A stretch of 64,000 bases of DNA from Catajapyx aquilonaris (GCA_000934665.2 KZ538237.1:1-64000), one strand, 5' to 3'. Numbered from the stretch's first letter, positions 51,201 through 64,000 are shown. Notes: generated by a model not told the origin, from the letters alone. Made by a program: numbers and translations.

Positions 51201-52531
51201 TGCAGGAATTTAGCCTTTGTTCGTTTTGGTCATTTAAGCTGGAGATTCTATAATTATTCAAATGGCCACAGATTTTAATCCCTATTTTTAATTAAAATGC
51301 AGCATATAATCACTGGGCGAAGTCATTTTCATAGGAATTTAAAAAGCTGACCTTTAAAAAAAATGAATAGTAAGCCTGTAATATGAATGGTCAAAGGGGC
51401 CAAGTACTGGACAGTAATCGCTTAAATCCCTTTGCACTTATATTGCCTAATTACGTTGCTTAAAAGCTGATTACTAGCGACGTATCCACGCCTCAGCTTC
51501 CACATTTAAAACGCTACCCTTAGATTTAAATGGACTTTGTTTCTTACCCTAACTTTGTCAATGCAAAAAAAAATCCTCATCAATCATTCCTAAATTCCCA
51601 AGTACAGGTTGCCTTTGTAGCGTTCAAGTTGATTCAAGGCAGGTAGTAGTTTACAACAAAAAAAAATGTGCATTTGACTTTGCCAATTAGAGCGAACTGA
51701 CCTGCCAGCACGCCATCGCTTCCTCTCCTGTTGATGTACAGCAATGAAACAGTGCACCTGATTTTCTGTGTAGGGATGTGTTGCGGCTCCAAGGCGACCC
51801 CTCTCCTTCAACGTGCTGGCACCTGCTGTTTCCCATCAAAAGGGTTCTGGTTTACAACCTGTCGGGCTGGAATAGGAGAATACCGGTTGGTAAGTCCTAT
51901 ACACCACTATAAGCCGGGTATCATATTTTACATGCATAAAATGCCTCGTACTTTTCAGTTGTTAGTAGGTGAAAAAAAAACAGTTATAATGCTAAATTCC
52001 AATTAGGTCCCCATGATATGGGAATGCATTATTTAGTTGCACTGGGTTTTTGTAGCATATTTAGGTTTGGTTGTAGCGGAGAGATGAAACAGGCCAAGAG
52101 AGCAATGCACATTATGAAAGATTTTGTTTGGTTGGGCCTGTATATGTGAAGTTGTGTAATCTGAATGAAAGGTTCTTGTTTATTGTTCAAAAGTACATTA
52201 TTCTGCGCATCCTATAGAGGTCAGGATGAAAAAAAATTGACAGAATAAATCTTATGCATGTCTCTCCAAATGTACAAAATGTACATTGCATTAGACACAT
52301 TGTACAATACAGTATATGCATACAATATTACTATGCAGCATGTACGCTTCGCCATTATATGTTAAACTAAGAACAAAAGAAGGATTACGAGTGGTTAATA
52401 TTATTGTCTTCATAAGGGCGTCGCGTCGGTCATTGACTTCCAGGCTCAATTCCCACTAATAACGTCTTTTTGATTTTGACAAAATAGAGCAAAATGTGCT
52501 TGGTTCTCTTTATAGTCGCCTTCACACTTAA

Positions 52532-52829
52532 TAATAATTATTATTATTAATAATAATTTATACCCCGTTATCAGCCTATCGGCTCTTTAGGGGGGAAGTG
52601 TTTTGACTGGAACTCTTTGCTTTCATTTTACTGCGCTTTTTGGGATAGGATAGGGACGGAAGGAAGCGGCTGTGGCCTATTAATGACGGAAACAACTCCG
52701 GAATTTTCCTGGAAGGACCGTGGGAAACCACAGAAAACCACGATCGGAGTTGCCGGCCCCGGGATTTGATCCCAGGACCTCCCGATTAGCAGTCTGACAC
52801 CATATCCCCTCCTCCAAACTGCTTCGGTG
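52532..52829 (-). mobile_element. tRNA-derived SINE (second family)
   Basis: Minus strand shows a tRNA-like head (..gactgctaatcgggaggtcctgggatcaaatccc), core tggttttctgtggtttccc..taggccacagccgcttccttcc and an (ATT)n-like tail. 17-bp TSD GTCGCCTTCACACTTAA (52515-52531, 52830-52846). Confidence 0.9.
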
Positions 52830-55800
52830 GTCGCCTTCACACTTAAATTATCACGAACTCATTTCACTTTACATCCGCTTCAAATAAAGGCATTTTTTTG
52901 CCACACCCTGTTATACGATGGCAGCGACCCTTCCACCAACTGCATTGCGGTTGTAAGGACACAATGGCACGTATATCTGACAAAATAGAAGTGCGTGTGA
53001 AGGAAGTGGAGTAGAGTGGATAACTCTTCCATCTGCGGCAGATTGGATTATCCCCACATACATCACCGAGGGTTGGGGAAAACTTCTTGTGCCAATGCTG
53101 ATGGATGTCTGCCGCGAGTTTGTGACGGCACAATGACATTGGGGAAGGGGGAAGAGAGACCATCAGTGAAGAAGGGTAAGGGAGGGAGGGTTTAACGTCT
53201 CTTTATTCTCACTGACTGCTATTCCCTTCGGTGATATTCCACATTACCATTCCATTCCATATTTCATGCATTTCTGGCGACAGTTTTCGACCTTACATGA
53301 GAGCCAGTTTGTATTCGAGAATTTCTGTGCCAGCATTTTGCAGGTTGAAAATCTGGTTTGTCAAGCATTCAGCACCATTAATTGTATAGTCGAAGAGCTA
53401 ACATCATCATGTGAGACACCTGTCAATATCATTGCTGCGGAATCCGCTCCGAGCTGTGTAACATCAAACAACCTATGGTCAATGGTGATGGTACCCACTA
53501 TACCAAGAGTGACACCAGATTAGTACCCATTCCCTATTTGCAAAGTAGGGAGGGTATAATAAAACAAATTACACCATGAGTAGCAGATCAATCGGGAAAT
53601 TTAGGCTGGATTCTATATGTTAATTAAAAAGGAGCGGGACACGCTCATGGAAATTTTTGCTAGAAAAAGGATGAGAAAATATCGGTGGGGTTGAAGTGAT
53701 AAAAAATGACAGCCATTTATCAAGGAAACTTCATTTCTTTCTCGACGTCAATCGCGCTTCGTGCCGAGAAATGGAACATTAAAATTCAATTATTGCTCGA
53801 AAAGGGAGCCTTTTTTTTGAGGGAGAGATCCTTTGTTCGTTCACTCAGAGCCTGATAACAATATAAGGGGAATCTGTGCAGGATTGTTGTGTGCACCAGG
53901 CGATGTTACCATATGAAAGTACAGTACAACACAAGCGACATGTGGTTGTACCTCTTATTGTAATGAATTATGGGGTTAGGTTAAATGGCTGATGTTGGAG
54001 TAGCCATGAAATGAGGACAAGGGGCAAGAAAAGCTCTTTCACCTCGACTTCTTTTGGTATCCCCCCCATCCCTAGACCAAAGCTACAAAGCCAAACATCA
54101 CCTGCCCCTTCATTTGACTCCCATGTATTGCCCCCGGGGGTACCAGGTGGTTCTGAAGCCCCCTCCGTATCTTTTTCATCCAGTTGACCTCTGACCATCT
54201 CCGACATCAAGACTAATGTGGTCGGATGCACAATTTTCATTATGGGCGGGAAATTTAATAATTAGGCGAGAATCTCTTAGCTTCTCGCTCACGCTAAAAA
54301 GTCTCGAATTCGCCGTTCTCACCATCCCAGCTTTAGGCGTCATATATCCCTTAATGGTTGTAGCTGTTCTCAAGGCTCATTAACACTTTCCCTACCGCAA
54401 GTTTGCCGCAATTTCCTTAGGAAGCAAAGCCATGCTAAGTAGTCATGGCGGAACAATTCGGGCCACCAAGAATGACGTTGTCTTTGCTCAAGTGTCAACG
54501 CTAGAGAGGGAGAGAAAAAAAGGTGGGGTTGGACGCTCTCAATTGCAGGTAAATAGCTAGTTAATTAATTAGAGAGAGCTGGCAATTAGACGGATGTGGT
54601 TAAGGGGAGAGCGGGGAGTTGGCAGGGAGATGGCGGGGAGTGGGGAGAGGAGAAGTGGCCTAATGATGATGGAAATGTTCGCCGTCGGATTGCTTTATTA
54701 TTATCTTGCGAGGAGCCATCCATTGTGCACATCTTTATTGCGTCATTAGCCGCACAGTGGCCAGACCATTTCCGTTTTAATTACGCACAGGCGAGGGAGA
54801 AGAACCTGAAGTGCAATTGTTGCTCATCACCATTTCGACCAAAAACGGGGAGGAAAATAAAAGCGAGGTACAGTTGCATCAAAACAATTATAAGTTGGTG
54901 GTTTTCCTTAGAGAGGAGGTTGCTACTGTGGGGTTTCAACATTCCTGAAATGGGTTGGTCGTTAGCGTGTAGTTTTATGCATACTGATACTGTGTATAGG
55001 CTGATAATGTTGCTGGGCGACGAAACGTTGCAGCATAGAATAGTCTCGTTGGGTAAAAATGAATTGAAAAGCAGGTTTAGAAATCTATATACGTATATGA
55101 CGGTGGTGATTTGAATTTGCGCTTTGAGGCGACAACACATATGCAGACTTATCAGTTGGCGTGGCCGAGAGCAGGTGTCAGAGTGGGTGGTCCAATCGTT
55201 TTTAGAGTAGCTTCCGCTCGTGGGACACTATACACACTCTAATGAACAAATGTGACGATATATGTTTGAGATAAAACATTCGTGTTTATTCATGGAAACA
55301 ACCACTAAATTACGCATCATGAGCAAATGTATTACACAGGTGACTTGTCGATCTGGAAACGGACTTTCCATTTTGTCCAGCAATATCCCAAGCTCTGCGT
55401 TGTAGGTGGGTGGGACGGGAAATGGAGGGGCGTGCCCTACAGACGCAGCGTATGCAAATTTTCCTCCCCTGGAAAAGACTCCAGGCTAATGTCAATAGTA
55501 GGCTAAATGGCTCCAAAAAGGGTTGACCTTACTGAGGTGAAAAATTCTATGGAATAACTACTTGCAGCAGAATATTTTCACATGTCTGAATATGCAAGTC
55601 CCCACTCTGGATATTGGAAGTATGCAACTCTTGTTGCCTTAAGTTAACACCCGACTTGCATATGCCAAGATGTTACTGCTTCGATTGTTGGTGGGAACAT
55701 GAAGTTTTCTGTCTCTTGGATGTAACAGAGGGAAGTGTGATTAAAAAGGGGGGAGGATGGCAGCAGGGATATAGGGCCTGGAACCGCAATTCTAATTTGC

Positions 55801-58494
55801 GTCATTAGCGGCGAGCATGTCTCCCTGAAAATCAATTAATCGACACTGTGATGGATCAGCTTCCTCTACTTATCGATTCAACGGAACTGACGTCACAGTA
55901 ATCTGTCTCTGACCCTGTGTGTCGTTGACATCTAGATTTAGAAGCAGCAGGGAAGGGAGAGTCATTTTTCTCGCATTTAGAAGACGATGAGTCATGAACA
56001 TTAGGACTCAAATGTGCACTCTCATGGTTTTAATAAAAATTCTGGAGGTGAGTTTTGTAATTGTGTTCAATTCTTGATGTTTGCGTGTGAATCTGCCGTA
56101 TCACAAGTATGTTCACACACATCAAGGGTCCCCCCCATGCCTGAGTTCCCCCTGTTCACCGATCAACTTTGTGACACGCATATGATATCACTGAGAATGA
56201 TTAACTGCGCGATTATGAACTCTGTTTTATAGCAGGACCTGTTCGTGAGCTGACACATTTCATAGCTAGTGAACACTTTTAATAATGCGGGAAGTGCAAA
56301 CACGAAACTTAAAGAGCCGGTGAGATCTATCTGACTAATTTGTCTGGACATTCTAATCCATTATTTTCTAGATACTGTACACTAGTTTAATGCAGAAGTT
56401 TGTGCATTGTTAGAATGTTGACTACAGAAAGAGAATGCTTTATTTTGGTGCAAGTGGCTTAGCTTCGGTAGGCAGTGAAATTAAGCCTGGTTTTTGCTAG
56501 TGTACTGTCAGGATCACTGAGGACATTTTGGGGATGGAGTAGGGAAGAGAGGCACCGCAGAAGTTGGGAGGGCGAGTAGTGGACGGGGGCAGTGGCTGTG
56601 TCGCAAACGCAAGGCTGCACTCTTTTGGATTTCGTAATGACAGACCGAATGTGGCAGGGGAATAGGTATGCTGTACCAACCTAACCTAACCTTCCTTCCT
56701 TGCTGATACAGACCTATCTTCAGCGGATCGTTCAGTCTGCCTGCCCCGCTTTTGCGACACAGCCACTGACCCCAGCCACCACCAACTGTCATGCCGCGTT
56801 AACCTACTCTAGCCCTTTTTGGTCCAATGTCAGTTAGGCATTGTGTAACAGAGTCCTGGACATGCACTGTCTGATGGTCTATACAATTTTTTTAAAATAT
56901 ATCAATTACACTCCCCTAGAAAAACGGTTCTGTTGGTAATGCAATCTTCACAGCCTGCTGCGTGTGTTGCATTTCAGGTCTTCATACATACTTAAATGTA
57001 TCATATGTCACTTATGACAACAAACTGTATCATCGCCATGGACTGTCAGTTACCGACAGACCATATGAAGATTGTGATTATATACATGGATATTGAACAA
57101 CAACCTAAAAAAATTCTGTTCATCTCTGCATCTCTTCTATATAAAAAAAAGTTTCGTTAATTTACTCCAACGATGTGACTGACACATGGGATTGTCAGGA
57201 GTGGAAACTAGCGTTGCTAAGCACCTCCCTACCTCCCCCACCCCTCTCTCACCCTACCACCTTCACCCACCAGAAAAAGTAGAGTTGGAAAAGTTGCGAT
57301 GCCTGAAGCAGCATCAGCACCACTTGCCTTTCTATAGGCGAAAAGGGGAAGAGACGGCTGGAGATTGAAGCAGGGGAGTAGAGACGGGAAGGAGGTAGGG
57401 GGTGGAGAGGGAGGGTGTGGAGATTAAAATAGGGAGAAGGGGCGGATTTCCCATTTCGATGCGAAAAAGGAGAAAATGAAGTCCCCCCACCCCCCACCCA
57501 TCTCACCCCCTCCTTCCCCCACCAGTCATACCCTTTCCACCTCCCCCCCTCCCCCCCCATTTCTATCTCACTCTCTTTTCCTTTGGAGCGAGAGTCGCAG
57601 GCGGGTGGGCTCCACGGGGCCCAAATTGGTTCCCAAATGAAACGAAGGCCCGCCTGCCAGTTTCACCCCCCTCCCAACTCTCCCACCCTCCCTCTCACTC
57701 TCTTTCCCTACCCTCATCTACACCCACCCACACCCACATAGGGATGACTCGGGGAAATGAGAAATTTCCCGCCTTCATTGGACTGTCGCAACATGGATTC
57801 CGCTATCCAGCGTGATTGTGTTAAGATACTGGCCAGACTCATATTTTCAAGCACATGTTTCTTGGGCTTTTCCTCAGCGTATACTTCCGGGTTGCTAACA
57901 AGCAATTAAGTTTTGGGTGCGCTTATAGAGTCATTTAATATGTGCAACGAGACGTGTAGAAAGCAAGTTGGTTGTATCAGAATTCTCAATTTCTACCTGA
58001 GATATTACAATTACTGAATTACAGGAAGGCACACTTTTGGACGCCAAAGGCCAAAGGCGTCACTCAAGGCCTACCTCTTCTTACTCGCACGGCTCACACT
58101 ATCATCGTTGTGAATTTCTGCCGCATCAGAAAATGTCGCAAGCAGTATGACGCGATTAATGTCCAACACTGTACTCTAGACTTAAGCAATGCACTACCCT
58201 GGATAGGAAAATATATTCTGCTTCGATAAATGCTGATCTTGGTATTTTCCACAAGACTGCCATTTTTAATCCAATACATCCGTGCCATTCCGACTTGTCC
58301 CACTTCACCTTGCCCGAGTATTTAGCTGTGATTTCAGAGGGGGGGGGGGGGGGNGGGGGGGGGGAAACAGGACATTTTTGTTGACAGAGGGGAGTCGAGA
58401 TCAGTGTCTGTGCGTGACATGGCGGTATATGGAAAGGTCGAAAATCCTCAAATCGTGACGTACTTGATATGGACAATCCCACAGGACTTTCGTG

Positions 58495-58689
58495 GTATAC
58501 CCTCTTTGTTGCTTCTGCCATGTCCACTTTCACGTCATATTCCGACTTTATTATAACCTAAATAAACGGAAAAATGGAGAGCCCATCGAAACTCCTTCTG
58601 GGAGACATGAAGTAATCCTTCGCCTGACAGGGGATTGAACTTGTAACCCCTGAGGTGCTATGGCATGTCACTGAGCTGCCGTGTTGCCC
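58495..58689 (-). mobile_element. Decayed SINE related to 3230-3505
   Basis: The reverse complement begins gggcaacacgg..cacctc..agttcaatccc..aggattact..gagtttcgatgggctctcc, matching the head of the 3.2-kb SINE (gggcgacacgg..cacctc..ggttcgatccc..aggatact..gagtttcgatgggttctctcc). 3' limit uncertain. Confidence 0.6.
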
Positions 58690-61154
58690 GCATCTAATTC
58701 ATATACAGTAGTATAGCTGGTGGTGATCTTTGAGTGCCCATCACAGTTCATGACAGATTGGCATTAAAACGTTCGTGTAAGCTTCAAAAACATTTATGAA
58801 GTATATTGGAGGTCTCTCTGTGACCTCTGTAACTGTGCGACTTGTTATCTCATTCAAATATCAAAGTTTATACAGGATAAAAAGGGGATATCTATATTAT
58901 TAAAATCCGACTGTCATGGAAACTCCTCGCGCACCGTACGGCTTACAGCTTTGGGAGTGGTGTTCAAATATTACCCGTGTTTTCTACATTTGCAAACCAC
59001 TTTTCTTTTTGGGAAAATGTGCCAAGGGACTTTGTAAAACTCAAAAAACGAAATAAAAACCGACCGCGTCCGTTCCACGGAATTCCCATTTCCGCCGTTC
59101 CGAGCGCCAGGGCGCCGCCTCCTGGGTGGCGACTCGCTTACTTCTGCACTTCATCGTCGGATGTCGCTTCGATGCCTAATTGTTTGCCTAATTTTGGCAA
59201 GTTGGTGCCTTAGTACAGTATTATAATTCAACTAGATCTGCGTAATGATCTGGCATAAAATTATGTGGAAAACTTAGGTCGCCCTTGCATCTGACTGTAC
59301 CAGTACAGCTGCGCAATTTATTATGGGATATACGAGAGCACTCGTAATTTTCTTGTCGGTTGGTGTGAAATTTCAAAACGACGACGAAACCAACGTAAAT
59401 GGCTCCTTATTCCGCAATTTACACGAAAAATAAACAGCCGGAAAATGGTATAAAGTTACACTGGGCAAGCAAAAAGAGAGGGCATTAGTAGCTTACAGGC
59501 CATCCTATATAAGTGTATATTTAAAGGGCACTTAAATCCTCGGAAGCATAAAAAATCCTTTCCAAACCCAGATTTGGACCTTTTCCAGGAATCGGTGGGG
59601 GAAGGAGGGAAAAGGGGGGTGGGGGTCAGGGGAGGCTTTTATTCACCCCCTCCCCGCCTTCCCCCTGCCTCCCACCTCCCATCCCAACAAGTCTCCCCAA
59701 CCACATCCGAGCGGAATGAAGTGGACATCAATTCCAGCCTTAATTTGGGCGGGAATTGCGCGGGATTTAACAAGCAGACTGCTAAGTGCAAGGCCGACTC
59801 TCTCCCTCTCCCCCACTTCCCTCTCCTCCTCCCCCTCACTCCCCTCTAAGTGATGAACTGCAGGAAGTCTGTTCGCGCAAATCTCGGCTTTCTGCAGAGG
59901 AAATTCCCTATTTCCGACTTTCTTCACTGCACTTTCACATGCCTAAAACAGTCCAAATTGGCGTGACCTGTCTTATTGATAAATGTATGAAGAATCTCAA
60001 AATAAATGATACAGGGTTGCCAATTAAAAATCACTTGTTGATGGAGGTGTAATTTACGTGGAAGTGAAATTAATTTCAGTTAAATATATCTGGAGAGAAA
60101 TTCGGTGAATATGCACCCAATTGGACTATTTTCTCTAAAGTAGTGATTATATTAATTTAAATATTGTCAATATAGTACTCTCTGACTGGTAGGAGGTTCA
60201 GTACAGTACCAGATGAGCCCAAATGGATCGAGTTAATTAGCAATAGGAATTCGACAGAATGAAAATAGGCCAAATAGATACTCGTTCTTTCGTTTAGCCT
60301 GTGAGTGCCACTATCTGTAGCACATTACTATACATGAAACATGTCCCACAGATAGTGCAGGTCACAGGCAAAAGATCCTAGTATCAACAATTTAAAGCCA
60401 ATAGTGCTATCTGCTATACTTGACAAAAGCAGTAAAGATTGCCTACCATCAAAAATGACAAAAAAAAGTGTCCACTTGAATTCTGTCAATGCACTAAAGA
60501 CAATGAAAATTGAGCTGGAAAAATTTGGAGTCCACAATGCTTTGTCTCAAAGGTTTCAGACGACTTCTGGTGGATAATGTTGTGTATGTGCAGTAGTTGA
60601 CATGATGCCTTACTTCACAAGACTGTATAAGATGATATGGGCCAATGACGCTCCCCATGCTTAGGAAGAACCACTTCACTCGAGAAAATTGGTGTATGCC
60701 CCCGACTCATGGAACAAAGTTGACTCCCTTTGGCATAGCTATACTTCCATCAAGATTAAGTGAATGAAGTGTCACATATCAGATGAGATCAATAAATGAA
60801 ATCAAAAACTGATATTAAACCAGCATAATTTCGAATGGATTGTGGCCTTTCAGAGAACCATACTTGAACCCTCTGGATTACTGTATATTCATGTGATCAT
60901 CTGAAAGGGAAGAGTGTACACTAATGAACTTGGGACGGAAAGCCTGAAAGAGAGCATCAGACGTGAGATTACTATAATTCAGTGAATTTTACCCATATGT
61001 AGTAGCTTACTGTACCTGTACAGTACAAGTATATAGCTGGAGAGCCAGTGGCTGACTTTTTTCAATATATATTTTTAAGAGTAGGCCTACAGGGTGTTTA
61101 AAAACCATTGACGCGATTCAGGCTATTATGGAAATGTACTCATATGTATGCTAC

Positions 61155-61156
<2 letters not shown>

Positions 61157-61236
<80 letters not shown>
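61157..61236. repeat. (AT)n microsatellite
   Basis: Direct reading of the sequence. Confidence 0.97.
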
Positions 61237-61238
<2 letters not shown>

Positions 61239-62210
61239 AATGAAACAGCAGATATTCAAAGCAAGGGGGTGGAGAAGATTTTTTTTCTCTCTTTTCGTTC
61301 AGTCAGCAAGTCCCATTTTGGTGAAGAAGTCTGCCCCCCACCGTTCAAGACCACCTTCTATTGGCACCTGGAACAATGAGGACCATCAGCAGCATCCAGG
61401 AGCGGCTTACAAAGTGCACAACTCAGGCCGGAGCAATTTATTTGAGTCCTCAGGTTCCACTCGCAATGATGACTGGCAGGCTATACAATATTGTATACTA
61501 CCATGACTTGGCCAATTACATTAGCAACTCGTGCCTCATCTGCCACCAGCACATGTTGCCAGTACGAAGGTATACATGTACAATACAAACAGCAAATATG
61601 ACATTCTATTGTAACTTACTCATTGCATCTCCTCAGTTGACCGGTATACCCTCAGTACCGGTACCGTATTCAGAAGGTACGCCCCATGTCAACGCCACGA
61701 AACCTTTTGCAGTGCTGGCTGCTCTTCAGTCACCACGCATAGGTCCAAGTCCAGCTCGACATTTGCCCCTGTCACACCCAAACACCCGTCGGGACAGAAC
61801 ACATGTTTCTTTTCGCAGAGGAAGGGGGCCGCCATATTTTATTAGCAGGGTTGCCAACTCCAGATCTAGGCATGCGCCAAACTGATTTTCGTTAAATTTT
61901 TTTAAATAATCCTGGCTCAACCTAGCTTGCTGATGCTAATCAACCTTCATGTTATAAAAATCATTAACCTCTTTGACCAAGATGTGCAAGACAGGTAACC
62001 AAAGACATTGACGTATGCCATGTATCTCAAAATATTATTGGCACATGTTGATTACGGAGCACGCGGTAGCATCGGCCTGACTCCCCGCACAGATCTGGAC
62101 CAAAAGAGGTCACCAATGGCTATTCGACATTTGAATTTAAGGCTTTCGAATTGTCGCGCCACATTGTCTCAAGTGGGGGGTCAGAATTACATCATGTTAG
62201 AATCAGCAGA

Positions 62211-62283
62211 GGGGCCGTAGCTCAGTCGGTAGAGCGCTCGCTTCGCACGCGAGAGGTCCTGGGTTCGATCCCCGGCAGCTCCA
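62211..62283 (+). tRNA. tRNA-Ala-CGC: tRNA-Ala, anticodon CGC
   Basis: 73-nt cloverleaf: acceptor GGGGCCG/CAGCTCC+A with the G3:U70 alanine identity pair; D arm gctc-agtcggta-gagc; anticodon arm ctcgc-tt[cgc]ac-gcgag; T arm ctggg-ttcgatc-cccgg. Downstream T-runs fit a Pol III terminator. One C6:A67 mismatch. Confidence 0.92.
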
Positions 62284-63205
62284 AGTTTTCTCTTTTACTA
62301 TGCTTTTTTTCTTCTTCTTTAAAACTTGATGACCTCCCAGACCTTCAATTCTACGGCGCACTGGCATCCAGGATTTTTTTAAATATTTGAATGGAAATAA
62401 TTGCTCGTCTTTATTGCAAATCGAATTCATCATAAGGGTCAGTCCGTGGCAAATGAGCATCAGACGTTGCTCGACTCTCTATGATTTTGACTTTAAAATC
62501 ATGGATGTTTATATATGTGAGTGTATGGCAAAAAAGGAGCATTCAGTGTCAGATTTTTCATGCATACACAAAGCAAGATATGCATAAGTCAAAAATGGAA
62601 TTTTCCCGAAAAGATGCATTTCGCGCATATTTTCTTTCTCGCAAAATACACCACACCACAACCCAGTGATGTAATATATCAAATTAATCGGGAAATAATG
62701 GAGGTTGTGAATCAGTTACTCAGGCAACTGTAAATTAAGCGCATAATTTTAAATTACATATATTAAGCAAAATAATTTTAAAGCGTACGAAAATAGTAGA
62801 CTACTTGCATTTGAACAAGTGAACCCGTATTTAATAATCATTATTACTGGCTTCCACAGTTCCACCTTACCTACCAATAATTCAATGCGATACTGCCTAT
62901 TCGAGACAATAAATGTAGAATTTGTCAAAATTCATCCAAATGGACATTAATTCTGAGCTCTAATCCCTGTCAGGACATATCGGGGTTGTATTTCTCTACA
63001 CATTTACTGTGTGACTGTAGTGTCTCTTCAATTGCGTTTCAGTGGCAATGAATGATTCAATAACTGTACTATACTTTCGTGCTCTTGGAAAAGGGATATG
63101 TTCACATAATAAATCTGTGCACCATGAAAGTCTTTTTGAAACACCATCCAGCACATAGTTGACATCTTCAATGTATTATTCACGACTGTCATGTCACACA
63201 GATTT

Positions 63206-63373
63206 CTATAAGACTGTCTCACTCGTTTCGCACTGTCTTCTGACCCACGCGCGGACATCCTGCACTTTTATCTTTACAGAGGCAACTTCGTTGTCTGAAG
63301 CTGCTGTACTAGCGGCTAATGCAGATGGCAGATGGGAGATCACTCTGAAATTTATTGGTCGCCGGAATGCCCA
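63206..63373 (-). other. Possible exon fragment
   Basis: Minus strand has a pyrimidine-rich acceptor (tgttgtttttgttcag) directly before an open frame WAFRRPINFRVISHLPSALAASTAASDNEVASVKIKVQDVRAWVRRQCETSETVL*. No recognisable homology. Confidence 0.2.
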
Positions 63374-64000
63374 CTGAACAAAAACAACATACTGTAGAGT
63401 GTGGGTGCAAAGTGTACCCCCCCCCCCCCCCAAAAGGCAGACTTCTGCAAATCGTCCGTATGGAGGAACCTATATAGGTAAGATTGCCGGACATTGTTCC
63501 ACGTGAAAGTGGTGGGTTCGCCAATTACGACACCAAACAATTCCAGTAGGCTACAGTTCTGAATTCACAATCATTAGCTTTATTCAAACCATGAAACCAT
63601 AACATAACACGTTCTTATGTCTAGGCCGAACAATGCAAGGACTCATAAGTAAAACAAATCACTACAAAATATTATGTAAGGAATGTCATTGGTGTAGTCT
63701 ATTACTAACGAACAACCCTAAAGGCCCCGACCTTCCACAATGCAGTCCAACTTACGCACGTCCGTTTCTCCGCATGAGGAGGTTGCATGTGCAGCTTCCT
63801 CTCTGCTTAGACTCTTCTTCCCTTAGCATTGGTCGCTGTCCTTTGTTATCTCCCTTTATCGGCCTTCGACGTCCTGGGGTACTATATAGATACTTCATTT
63901 GGTTTCAGCTACAACACTGCTGGTATCTTGGTCTTCGGGATAGGAGACAGACTAAGAGAGATACCAGTCTTTCCTCTCTTCTTTTTCCTCTTCGTTTCTC

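Noticed and set aside
54596..55140. 172-aa and 119-aa antiparallel ORFs
   Set aside because: No recognisable family or convincing splice signals; overlaps a motif-rich non-coding patch.
61108..61885. 132-aa and 174-aa ORFs
   Set aside because: One spans the (AT)n repeat; neither has protein-like features I can support.

Overview
Non-coding-dominated animal (metazoan) genomic DNA with no confidently identifiable intact protein-coding gene; the ORF track is almost all chance ORFs or repeat translations. (1) 1-18.3 kb is a degenerate, modular, higher-order tandem array (about 1.3-1.6 kb units built from recurring blocks, with a recent ~2.6-2.8 kb duplication). It has a variable 30-bp sub-repeat, conserved dyads and a decayed protein-like minus-strand frame. 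It is riddled with nested transposons: a pogo/Tc1-mariner-type element with a transposase C-terminal remnant, Harbinger-type MITEs, 4-bp-TSD elements, a V-type SINE and a CACTA-ended foldback element. Sister repeat copies act as built-in empty-site controls and expose TA-centred footprints (TACAGTA, TAGGCCTA). (2) 19.4-21.4 kb is a ~187-bp hairpin-bearing satellite. (3) 22-62 kb is repeat-poorer DNA resembling a gene desert or large intron, with recurrent GC/purine-rich patches carrying E2F-like and homeodomain-like motifs, a few MITEs and SINEs, and microsatellites. (4) A tRNA-Ala(CGC) gene lies at 62211-62283, and possible minus-strand exon fragments lie at the right edge. Family assignments rest on termini, TSDs and remembered motifs, not on database searches.
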